Shown one piece after another: positions 46,896 to 55,761 of a stretch of DNA of 64,000 bases. The translations under genes and the position numbers were made by a program. Origin of the DNA: an uncultured Candidatus Saccharibacteria bacterium (GTDB lineage Bacteria > Patescibacteriota > Minisyncoccia > Phycocordibacterales > UBA9973); contig CAZKPK010000001.1 in NCBI GenBank assembly GCA_964554645.1, forward strand, positions 3,697 to 67,696. Direction: 5' to 3'. Under the pieces are notes generated by a model that was not told where the DNA came from, did not search any database, and was given only the letters and a program-made list of their open reading frames with translations. Each line of letters starts with the position of its first letter. Position 1 is the first letter of the stretch.

Positions 46896-49800
46896 ATGCA
46901 TCTAGAAACAAAATTTCCGAAAAAATATTTTTCAAGATATAAAAAACCTCTGGTAGAATTTCCAAATTTAATTGAAGCGCAACTTAAATCTTTTAAATGG
47001 CTAATAGAAAGCGGCATTGGCGAAGTGTTCAAAGAATTTTCTCCTATCAGCGATTACTTCGCAAAAAAATTCCAGCTCGAATTTGCATCTTTTTCTCTCG
47101 GCGAGTCAAAAACTGACGAAAATAATTCAAAAATAAATAAACTTTCCTACCAGGGATTGCTTAAGGCTCGGGTAAAACTGACTAATAAAATTTTAGGCAC
47201 TGTGAAAGAGCAGGAAATTTTTTTATCGGAGTTTCCTTTGATGACCTCTCATGGAACTTTCATTATAAACGGCGTGGAGCGTGTGATTGTGCCGCAGCTT
47301 GCTAGAAGCTTCGGAGTTTTTTTTACAGAGTCTGAAAATAAAGGCAATCGATATTTCGGCGCTAAAATTATACCGGCTCGCGGAGTTTGGATCGAAATAG
47401 AATCTGAGTCAGATGGCGGTATTTATGTGAGAATAGACAAAAAGAGAAAATTTTCTGCGACCGCGCTTCTGCGAGTGATGGGTTATGAAACTAGTGAAGC
47501 GATATTGAAAGGTTTTTCTGCCCAAAGCGTTGCGTCCAAAGATGGACAAGGATCAGTTTCAAATTTGGAAACAACAATCAAAGCTTGTTTGGCGAAAGAT
47601 GGAATTAAGAATTTAAATGACTCATATATTGAAATCTACAAGCGTCTAAGAGATGGCGATATGGCAACGGCTGAAAACGCCAAAGAGTTTATTAATTCTT
47701 TATTTACTACTGAAAGATATGACCTTTCTCCGGTTGGTCGTTTTAGGTTTAATCAACGTTTCAACAAACCTATGGATGAAGCGGCGCTGGCCAGGAGAAC
47801 TATTTCTAAAGAAGATCTGGTAACGGTGATTATGAACATTATTGCTCTGAACAATGACCCCGATGCCAAATCTGACGATATAGATCATTTAGGCCAAAGG
47901 CGGGTGAGGTTTGTCGGTGAAATTTTTCAACAGAAAATACGTACCGGCATGATGCAAATCAAGAGGAATATTCAAGATCGAATGTCTATCGTTGATGTTG
48001 ATACCGCGATGCCCATCGCTATTATCAATCAACGCCCGCTTCAGGCTCGAATAAAAGAATTTTTCACCACCAATCAGCTTTCCCAATTTATGGCGCAAGA
48101 AAATGTGCTTTATGAAATAGAACACTTGCGCACTCTCTCGGCTTTGGGACCCGGAGGTCTTACCCGCGAGCGCGCGGGTTTGGAAGTTCGCGATGTGCAT
48201 CCTTCCCATTACGGAAGAGTTTGTCCGATTCACACTCCGGAAGGTCCGAACATCGGTCTTATTTTACACCTTTCCACTTACGCCAAGATAAATGAGTTTG
48301 GCATTATTGAAACTCCATACATAAAAGTCAAAAATGGCAAACTGACCAAAGAGATAGTTTATTTAAATGCGCTGGAGGAAGAAAAATATAATATTGCGCA
48401 TGCCGGAATTTCTTATGATGAAAATGGGAAAATAACGGAAGAAAAAGTAGAGGCTCGGATTAAGACGGAACCGGGCGCAATTTCCCGCGAGGAAGTTGAT
48501 TTTATCGATGTTTCTCCCAATCAGGCTTTTTCCATAGCAACCTCAATGATTCCGTTTTTGGAACACAATAATGCCAATCGGGCATTGATGGGATCTAACA
48601 TGCAGAAGCAGGCTGTGCCTTGCGTGTTGCCCGAGGCGCCTATGGTGGCGACAGGTATTGAAGAATTGGCGGCGCGGGATTCAGGCAGATTAGTTATAGC
48701 GCTGGAGGATGGTGTGGTTTCTTATTTAGACGCAAGAAAAATAATTGTTAAAGGAAAAAATGAACAGACCTATCCTCTCGTTAATTTTATGAGAAATAAT
48801 AACTTTGCTGTATTTCACCAGCGCCCGTTGGTTAATGTCGGAGATAAAGTAAAAAAAGGCGATATCTTGGCGGATACCAGCAGTACCGTCGGCGGACAAA
48901 TTTCTTTGGGACAGAACATCTTTGTAGCCTTTTTGTCTTGGTCTGGATCAACCTATGAGGATGCAATAGTAATTTCAGAGCGTTTAGTTAAAAAAAGTAA
49001 ATTTACAAGCGTTTATGTTGAAGAATTCACTTGCGTAGTTCGCGATACAAAACTTGGACCTGAAATTACCACTCGCGATATACCGAATGTCGGAGAACTC
49101 AAACTCAAAGATCTGGATGAAGATGGTATTGTCCGCATTGGAGCGGAGGTCAGAGAAAATGATATTTTAGTCGGTAAAATTACTCCGAAAGGCGAGACGG
49201 AACTTACTCCGGAAGAACGGCTTTTGCGCTCAATTTTTGCCGAAAAAGCGCGGGATGTGAAAGACACCTCCTTGCGAGTAGAACACGGCAAGCGCGGTCG
49301 CATTATTGGCGTAAAAATTTTTTCCCGCGACTTAGGACATACGCTGGAAGCGGGAATTATCAAAAAAATTGTGATTGAAGTTGCCCAGATCAGAAATATT
49401 TCAGTTGGGGATAAGCTTTCTGGACGGCATGGAAACAAAGGAGTTATTTCAACAATTCTGCCGGAAGAAGATATGCCTTACATGGCGGACGGCACGCCAA
49501 TTGATATCATACTTTCGCCACTCGGTGTTCCTTCTCGTATGAACTTGGGACAAATTTTTGAAATGCATCTCGGGATGGCGGCCAATAGTCTTGGTTACCA
49601 GGCAATTGTTCCGCCATTTTTGGGAGCCAAACACGAAGAAATTAGAGAAGAATTAAAAAAGGCCGGACTGCCAGAGAATGGCAAATTGAAACTTTTTGAT
49701 GGACGCACCGGAGAGGCTTTTGAACAAGATGTTGCCGTTGGTTATATGTATATGTTGAAACTTCACCATATGGTGGAAGACAAGATTCATATGCGTTCAA

Positions 49801-50102
49801 TCGGACCTTACTCCCTCATCACTCAACAGCCTCTTGGTGGAAAAGCTCAAGGCGGAGGGCAGAGATTCGGAGAAATGGAAGTCTGGGCGTTGGAAGGCTA
49901 CGGCGCGGCTTATACTTTGCGCGAGATGCTGACTATTAAGTCTGACGATATTCTCGGCCGATCGGCCACCTTTGATTCTATTATAAAAAATGAAAAAATT
50001 AGACCGCCAAATTCCCCGGCCTCATTTAATGTGCTCTTAAACTATCTGCGAGGGTTGGCGCTGGATGTGAATTTAAGGAAAGACACAAGTAAAGAAGCTT
50101 AA
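46896..50102 (+). CDS. rpoB: DNA-directed RNA polymerase subunit beta
   Basis: 1068 aa; GDKLSGRHGNKGVIS, NMQKQAVP, GGQRFGEMEVWALE. Confidence 0.98.
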   Translation: MHLETKFPKKYFSRYKKPLVEFPNLIEAQLKSFKWLIESGIGEVFKEFSPISDYFAKKFQLEFASFSLGESKTDENNSKINKLSYQGLLKARVKLTNKILGTVKEQEIFLSEFPLMTSHGTFIINGVERVIVPQLARSFGVFFTESENKGNRYFGAKIIPARGVWIEIESESDGGIYVRIDKKRKFSATALLRVMGYETSEAILKGFSAQSVASKDGQGSVSNLETTIKACLAKDGIKNLNDSYIEIYKRLRDGDMATAENAKEFINSLFTTERYDLSPVGRFRFNQRFNKPMDEAALARRTISKEDLVTVIMNIIALNNDPDAKSDDIDHLGQRRVRFVGEIFQQKIRTGMMQIKRNIQDRMSIVDVDTAMPIAIINQRPLQARIKEFFTTNQLSQFMAQENVLYEIEHLRTLSALGPGGLTRERAGLEVRDVHPSHYGRVCPIHTPEGPNIGLILHLSTYAKINEFGIIETPYIKVKNGKLTKEIVYLNALEEEKYNIAHAGISYDENGKITEEKVEARIKTEPGAISREEVDFIDVSPNQAFSIATSMIPFLEHNNANRALMGSNMQKQAVPCVLPEAPMVATGIEELAARDSGRLVIALEDGVVSYLDARKIIVKGKNEQTYPLVNFMRNNNFAVFHQRPLVNVGDKVKKGDILADTSSTVGGQISLGQNIFVAFLSWSGSTYEDAIVISERLVKKSKFTSVYVEEFTCVVRDTKLGPEITTRDIPNVGELKLKDLDEDGIVRIGAEVRENDILVGKITPKGETELTPEERLLRSIFAEKARDVKDTSLRVEHGKRGRIIGVKIFSRDLGHTLEAGIIKKIVIEVAQIRNISVGDKLSGRHGNKGVISTILPEEDMPYMADGTPIDIILSPLGVPSRMNLGQIFEMHLGMAANSLGYQAIVPPFLGAKHEEIREELKKAGLPENGKLKLFDGRTGEAFEQDVAVGYMYMLKLHHMVEDKIHMRSIGPYSLITQQPLGGKAQGGGQRFGEMEVWALEGYGAAYTLREMLTIKSDDILGRSATFDSIIKNEKIRPPNSPASFNVLLNYLRGLALDVNLRKDTSKEA

Positions 50103-50119
50103 TTTTATAAAAAACACAT

Positions 50120-53100
50120 ATGAAAACTTTAAACACAACTGAATTTAATTCGATCGCCCTACGGCTTGCGTCTCCGGAACAAATCAAGGAGTGGTCATTC
50201 GGGGAAGTGACGAAGCCCGAGACGATAAATTATCGCACTGGCCGATCCGAACGTGGAGGTCTCTTTGATGAAAAAATATTTGGACCGGAAAAAGATTACG
50301 AATGTTATTGCGGAAAATACCGCCGGATTCGTTATAAAGACATCATTTGCGAGAAATGCGGAGTGGAAGTTACCCGTTCGATAGTGCGCCGAGAGCGAAT
50401 GGGACACATCGAGCTTGGAACTCCCGTCTCGCATATTTGGTTTCTGCGCGGGGTGCCTTCTCGGATGAGCATTCTGCTTAATATATCCGTGACGGATCTG
50501 GAAAAGGTAATATATTTTGCCGGATATATAATTACTAAAGTTCACGAGGATGAGAAAGAAGCTGTTATTGCCAATTTAGATAAGGAATACAAATCTAAAT
50601 TAAAAAATGCGACCGATGATGATACTCGAGAAAAATTGAAAAATCTGCTTTCTATTACCAAGAAAGAAATTGGGGAAATTTATGAAGGGAAAGTTCTGAA
50701 TGAAATTTCTTTTCATCACTATTCTTTGAAATACGGAACTTGTTTTGAGGCCAATATAGGCGCTGAAGCTATTTATTCCATTTTTAAAAATTTAGATTTA
50801 GATAAATTAAAGACCCATACCGAAAAGATGATCGAAAAAGCCAGCGTGGCTGAAAAAGAGAAATTACAGAAAAGGCTTTCTCTTATTCGCGCTATGACCT
50901 ATGCCGGAATTCGTCCGGAATGGATGTTTTTGACCGTTTTTCCAGTTATTCCTCCTGTCTTGCGCCCGATGGTCGCTTTAGATGGAGGTCGGCACGCGAC
51001 TTCCGACTTGAATGATCTTTATCGTCGAGTTATTAATCGAAACAATCGCTTGAAGAAGTTGAAAGAAATCAATGCGCCGGATGTAATTTTGCGAAATGAA
51101 AAAAGAATTATTCAAGAAGCGGTTGATGCGCTGATCGATAATTCAATTGCCAAACAGAATGATTCTGCCGCCATGAGTCAGTCTCAAAAGCGTCCCCTAA
51201 AATCGCTGTCAGACAATTTAAAATCAAAACAAGGTCTTTTCCGCCAAAATTTGCTTGGAAAAAGAGTAGATTATTCAGGACGTTCAGTGATTGTCGTTGG
51301 TCCCGAGCTTAAGCTTAATCAATGCGGATTGCCAAAACACATGGCGCTGGAACTTTTTAGGCCATTTGTAATTTCCAAAATCTTGCAAGCGGAATTGGCG
51401 TTTAATATTCGCGGGGCAAACAAGCTGATAGAAGAACGAGGGGGGGAAGTCTGGGCAATGCTGGAAGAGGTTATTGCCGGAAAATACGTTCTCTTGAACC
51501 GCGCGCCGACCCTCCATCGTTTAGGTATCCAAGCTTTTAATCCGATTTTAATCGAGGGAAATGCTATTCAAGTTCACCCTCTTGTCTGCCAAGCTTTCAA
51601 CGCTGACTTTGATGGAGACCAAATGGCAGTCTATGTTCCTTTGCTTGAAGAAGCGCAATGGGAGGCAAAAGAGTTCATGGCTTCGAACAAGAATTTACTA
51701 AAACCCCAAAATGGCGATCCGATCGTGCATCCGCGCATGGATATGGTGCTTGGAAGTTTTTGGATGACGAAATCAATAGAAGGAGAAGTGGGTGAAGGCA
51801 AGTATTTTTCTAGGCCCAACACCGCCGTCACGGCCTATGATTATGGGATTATTTCTATGCGGGCCAAAATAAAAGTTCTTCCAATGGATAAACCCAAGTA
51901 TAAGAAATTTAATGGAGAAATTTTTGAAACGACCGTCGGCAGAATCATATTCAATAGTATTTTGCCGGATGATTTTCACTATGTAAATGATGAAATGACT
52001 CAAGATAGGTTGTCTTCTCTCTTGGATGAATTGATTATGCACTCGGGAGTTGAAAATATTCCCCATATTTTGGATACAATTAAAGCTTTTGGTTTTAAAT
52101 ATTCTACTATCTCCGGCACCACTTGGGGGTTGGATAATGTTTCTGTGTCTTCCGAGAAACCGAAAATTATAGCCGAAGGCAAGAAACTTGAAAAAGAAAT
52201 AATCTCCCAGTGGCAGGAAGGTCTTTTATCTGAGGAAGAAAAATATCAAAAAGTTATTGAAGTTTGGACGCATATGAAGAAAAATTTGGAAAAAGTTTTA
52301 CCCAAGACGGTTGACAAACACAGTTCCACTTACGATATATTTACTTCTAAAGCCAGAGGCACGATGAGTTCTTTGATGCAGATGACTGGAATGATCGGGC
52401 TGATTCAAAATAACCAAGGCAAAACCCTGGAATTTCCGATTATCCCTTGCTATCAAGAAGGGCTTTCCCCAATTGAATATTTCGTTATTACTCATGGCGC
52501 TCGCAAAGGCGCTTCCGATACCGCGTTAAATACCGCCAAAGCTGGATATCTAACTCGCAGATTGGTTGATGTGGCGCAGGATGTGGTTATCACTGAAGTA
52601 GATTGCGGAACCAAAGAGGGCAGGATAGTTACCAAAGAAAATATTTCTGGAATTGAAATTCCGCTTTCAAAAAATATCCGCGGGCGGGTATTGGCGGGAG
52701 ATCTTAAAAACAAAAATGGCAAGGTAGTTTATAAAAAAGGGTTTTTAGTCACGAAAGAGGAGGCCTACAATATTGAAGGAGCAGGTTTTACGGAAGTATT
52801 TGTCCGTTCTCCTTTAACCTGCCGCACTGTTCATGGTCTGTGTGTCATGTGTTATGGACTTGACTTAGGACGAAATCGTTTAGTGGAGCTTGGCGAAGCG
52901 GTCGGCATTATCGCGGCTCAGGCCATCGGAGAACCGGGAACTCAGCTTACGCTTCGCACCTTTCACGCTGGGGGCGTTGCCGGCACTGATATTACCACCG
53001 GTCTTCCGCGTGTCGAAGAAATATTTGAAAGGAGAATTCCTAAAAATCCGGCCATTATTTCTGAAACCGATGGTGAAGTGATCGAAATAAAAATAAAAGA

Positions 53101-53791
53101 TCCCGCCTCTGGCGGGACAGGTGTAAAATCTGCTCACTCCCGCGATATTTCAGGATCCGGCGGGGAAAAAATAATCAAAGTGCTTTCAGATCTGGAAGAT
53201 AGTAAGGCGGGGGCTAAAAACGAAATAGAATATCTTGTTCCGTTTCACAGAATGCCTACCGTTAAAGCAGGTGATCACATAAAGAAAGGGGATCTCCTAA
53301 CTGACGGGTCAGCGGATATTGCTGAAATGTTTAAATTTGGCAACAAGGAATTAGTCGAAAATTATATAATTCGGGAAATAAACAAAGTTTATGAATTGCA
53401 AAGCGCTTCAATTTCCAGAAAGCATACGGAAATAATTATCCGCCAAATGTTTTCGCGCCGAAAAATAAAAGACGCGGGCGACACTAATTTTTCCATCGGC
53501 GATATTGTTGAGAATACCGCATTTATAGAAGAAAATCAGAGAGTTGCGCGCTTGGCGGTTAAACCGCCAAGCGCGCTTGGCGGTTTAACCGCCAAAGCAG
53601 AAACAGTGGTGCTTGGTATCACGGAAGTGTCGCTTCGCACTAAAAGTTGGCTCTCGGCGGCTTCGTTCCAAAACACCAATCGCGTTCTTATTGAAAACGC
53701 GGTCAAGGGCGGGGTAGATTCTTTGAGAGGGTTAAAAGAGAATGTTATAATCGGTAGGTTAATTCCGGCTGGAACTGGATTTAAAAAATAA
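50120..53791 (+). CDS. rpoC: DNA-directed RNA polymerase subunit beta'
   Basis: 1223 aa; Zn CYCGKY..CEKCGV, NADFDGDQMAV, GEAVGIIAAQAIGEPGTQLTLRTFH. Confidence 0.98.
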   Translation: MKTLNTTEFNSIALRLASPEQIKEWSFGEVTKPETINYRTGRSERGGLFDEKIFGPEKDYECYCGKYRRIRYKDIICEKCGVEVTRSIVRRERMGHIELGTPVSHIWFLRGVPSRMSILLNISVTDLEKVIYFAGYIITKVHEDEKEAVIANLDKEYKSKLKNATDDDTREKLKNLLSITKKEIGEIYEGKVLNEISFHHYSLKYGTCFEANIGAEAIYSIFKNLDLDKLKTHTEKMIEKASVAEKEKLQKRLSLIRAMTYAGIRPEWMFLTVFPVIPPVLRPMVALDGGRHATSDLNDLYRRVINRNNRLKKLKEINAPDVILRNEKRIIQEAVDALIDNSIAKQNDSAAMSQSQKRPLKSLSDNLKSKQGLFRQNLLGKRVDYSGRSVIVVGPELKLNQCGLPKHMALELFRPFVISKILQAELAFNIRGANKLIEERGGEVWAMLEEVIAGKYVLLNRAPTLHRLGIQAFNPILIEGNAIQVHPLVCQAFNADFDGDQMAVYVPLLEEAQWEAKEFMASNKNLLKPQNGDPIVHPRMDMVLGSFWMTKSIEGEVGEGKYFSRPNTAVTAYDYGIISMRAKIKVLPMDKPKYKKFNGEIFETTVGRIIFNSILPDDFHYVNDEMTQDRLSSLLDELIMHSGVENIPHILDTIKAFGFKYSTISGTTWGLDNVSVSSEKPKIIAEGKKLEKEIISQWQEGLLSEEEKYQKVIEVWTHMKKNLEKVLPKTVDKHSSTYDIFTSKARGTMSSLMQMTGMIGLIQNNQGKTLEFPIIPCYQEGLSPIEYFVITHGARKGASDTALNTAKAGYLTRRLVDVAQDVVITEVDCGTKEGRIVTKENISGIEIPLSKNIRGRVLAGDLKNKNGKVVYKKGFLVTKEEAYNIEGAGFTEVFVRSPLTCRTVHGLCVMCYGLDLGRNRLVELGEAVGIIAAQAIGEPGTQLTLRTFHAGGVAGTDITTGLPRVEEIFERRIPKNPAIISETDGEVIEIKIKDPASGGTGVKSAHSRDISGSGGEKIIKVLSDLEDSKAGAKNEIEYLVPFHRMPTVKAGDHIKKGDLLTDGSADIAEMFKFGNKELVENYIIREINKVYELQSASISRKHTEIIIRQMFSRRKIKDAGDTNFSIGDIVENTAFIEENQRVARLAVKPPSALGGLTAKAETVVLGITEVSLRTKSWLSAASFQNTNRVLIENAVKGGVDSLRGLKENVIIGRLIPAGTGFKK
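53102..53116. repeat. GC hairpin within a GC-rich segment of rpoC
   Basis: CCCGCC-TCT-GGCGGG; surrounding 53095-53170 encodes DPASGGTGVKSAHSRDISGSGGE. Confidence 0.55.
53546..53597. repeat. family C palindrome doublet inside rpoC
   Basis: GCGCGCTTGGCGGTT-A-AACCGCCAAGCGCGC (31-nt perfect palindrome) + CTTGGCGGTTTAACCGCCAAAG; translated LAVKPPSALGGLTAK. Confidence 0.92.
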
Positions 53792-53838
53792 GGTATTGTA
53801 TAATTATGGCGTTAGTATTTTTTTAGACTAATTAAATT

Positions 53839-55080
53839 ATGATGAAGATCAATAATTCTCTCGTTTTCTTTATTGTTTTAATCGCAGTTCTCATCAGTGG
53901 CGCGCTTTTGTTGAACAATGGCGCCAAAGAATTATCGGATGGTTTTTCGCCAAACTATAATCTCGCCAAACCGCCTAGTTCCTCTGAAAAAGAAGTGAAA
54001 GTGTCGGCTGAACACGACAGCGACAAAGGGCTCAATATCACTCGTTTGGACGACAACGTGAAATTTACCGATTACGCTTCGTGTCTGCATCCAGATTATC
54101 TAAAAACTTATACTACATACCCCGGCATTCTTTCTAAAAACAATGCGTGTGTTAATAAAAGAATGCAACACGATATTTTACTCCAAAAACTGACAACTGC
54201 AGAAGGAAGCGCTCGGTTGGCAAAAGATAAAGCCGATATGGTGCAAGAAACCCTGGATTATATCAACGCTCATGAAAATGATGATCAAGTTACCTCATTG
54301 ATGTTTTTTAAAGGAATTGAAGATACCGCTTATTACGAGAAAGCCAGTTTTTCACCGCAATGTTTGGTTCAAGGAGGAGAAAAAGATGGTCCAAAGTTCG
54401 CGGGAATGTTAAAGCCAAAAGGGGATTCGTCCAGCGCGTTTGTTGATTCTACTCCTGCCACCCAAGCAAGCAAGAAATCGCTTCTTCTTAATCTTGAAGC
54501 TTTTCAAAATGGGACGATGGGATTTCTGAAAAAGGCGGCATTTGGACTTGAATTTATTGGTGGTAATTTATTCGACCTTTATATTTTTGTGGAGCCTGAA
54601 GTGGCGAAAAAACATGTCTTAATGCCAGCAGGTCTGAAGACATATGCAAATTTTATAGAAGCAGGTGTGACATTTTCCTCATCGTTAAAATGTAAAAAAG
54701 CAGGCGAAGTTCTAGCTGTGACAACGCTTATTTGGTTTGACCCTGATTTTTCCATGAGTGTTGCCAAATCTTTTAAAGAAGAAAACTGTGTCAACAAGGC
54801 AGATAAGATAAAAAAAGCGAAAGATGATGCAATCTCAAAGCTGAAATATTTGCGAGATATTCAGGCAAAATACGAAAAACAAGCGGTTGCGTATGCTTTA
54901 TCTATGAAAAAGCTGGAAGGAAGCGATCTTGAATGTTTCAATTTGCCGTCCAGCGGAGAAATCGCGAATGATGATGAAGAAACCACACCGCCAGCCACAC
55001 CGCCAACCGCGCCAGCAAAACCATCTTCTTTTCCTTCTTATCAAAATCCTATCCAGTCCGACTATCCAGTTCTGTATTAA
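53839..55080 (+). CDS. hypothetical signal-anchored extracytoplasmic protein
   Basis: 413 aa; N-terminal TM LVFFIVLIAVLISGALLL, several Cys, Pro/Thr-rich C-terminus (TTPPATPPTAPAKP). Confidence 0.6.
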   Translation: MMKINNSLVFFIVLIAVLISGALLLNNGAKELSDGFSPNYNLAKPPSSSEKEVKVSAEHDSDKGLNITRLDDNVKFTDYASCLHPDYLKTYTTYPGILSKNNACVNKRMQHDILLQKLTTAEGSARLAKDKADMVQETLDYINAHENDDQVTSLMFFKGIEDTAYYEKASFSPQCLVQGGEKDGPKFAGMLKPKGDSSSAFVDSTPATQASKKSLLLNLEAFQNGTMGFLKKAAFGLEFIGGNLFDLYIFVEPEVAKKHVLMPAGLKTYANFIEAGVTFSSSLKCKKAGEVLAVTTLIWFDPDFSMSVAKSFKEENCVNKADKIKKAKDDAISKLKYLRDIQAKYEKQAVAYALSMKKLEGSDLECFNLPSSGEIANDDEETTPPATPPTAPAKPSSFPSYQNPIQSDYPVLY

Positions 55081-55152
55081 ATTAACCATTTTACGAGATA
55101 TTAATATTTTACCTGATGAGTTTTGTAAATTACGGTGCTTTTCCTTAAACCA

Positions 55153-55180
55153 TTGACATTGTCAATCAAAAGTATATACT
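55153..55180 (+). promoter_or_regulatory. TA promoter with palindromic operator
   Basis: TTGACA (55153-55158) within palindrome TTGACATTGTCAA (55153-55165), 16-nt spacer, TATACT (55175-55180). Confidence 0.55.
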
Positions 55181-55213
55181 TTAGATATTATTATTATAAT
55201 AATAAAAAACGCC

Positions 55214-55486
55214 ATGCAAACAATGTTAAGTGTAAAAATTGATAAGAGGTTGAAGGAAAAAGCCCATGAGGTGGCTCATGCTCTTGGGGTGTCTTTGAAC
55301 GCGGTTATCAATCAGAATATCAAGGAGTTTATAGATGTGCGACAAGTGACTTTTACTGACCATCCCATGCCAAACAAAAAAACTCAGAGACTTCTAGATC
55401 GTCTTCTGGCGGATTCGAAAGCAAATAGAAATTTTGTAGGGCCATTTAATACGGCCGAAGAAATGATTAAAAGTCTTAATTCCTAA
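55214..55486 (+). CDS. RelB/DinJ-like antitoxin
   Basis: 90 aa; LSVKIDKRLKEKAHEVAHALGVSLNAVINQNIKEFI. Confidence 0.75.
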   Translation: MQTMLSVKIDKRLKEKAHEVAHALGVSLNAVINQNIKEFIDVRQVTFTDHPMPNKKTQRLLDRLLADSKANRNFVGPFNTAEEMIKSLNS

Positions 55487-55495
55487 TATTATTAT

Positions 55496-55753
55496 ATGCA
55501 AGTTGATTTTCATAACCATTTTAGAAAACAGTACAAAAAATTGTCTATGAAAATAAAAGAAAAATTTAATGAGAGGTTAATTGTTTTCAAAAATAATCCA
55601 TTCACATCAGAATTGAACAACCATACTCTTCATGGGAAATATTCAGGATGTAGAAGTATAAATGTGACGGGAGACATTCGAGCGATATATGAAGTTAGAG
55701 AAAAAGGAGTTAGGTTTCTGGATATCGATACGCATAGCAATTTATATAAATAA
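55496..55753 (+). CDS. RelE/YafQ-family mRNA interferase toxin
   Basis: 85 aa; FRKQYKKL, NNHTLHGKYSGCRSINVTGDIRAIY, DTHSNLY. Confidence 0.8.
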   Translation: MQVDFHNHFRKQYKKLSMKIKEKFNERLIVFKNNPFTSELNNHTLHGKYSGCRSINVTGDIRAIYEVREKGVRFLDIDTHSNLYK

Positions 55754-55761
55754 AACATATT

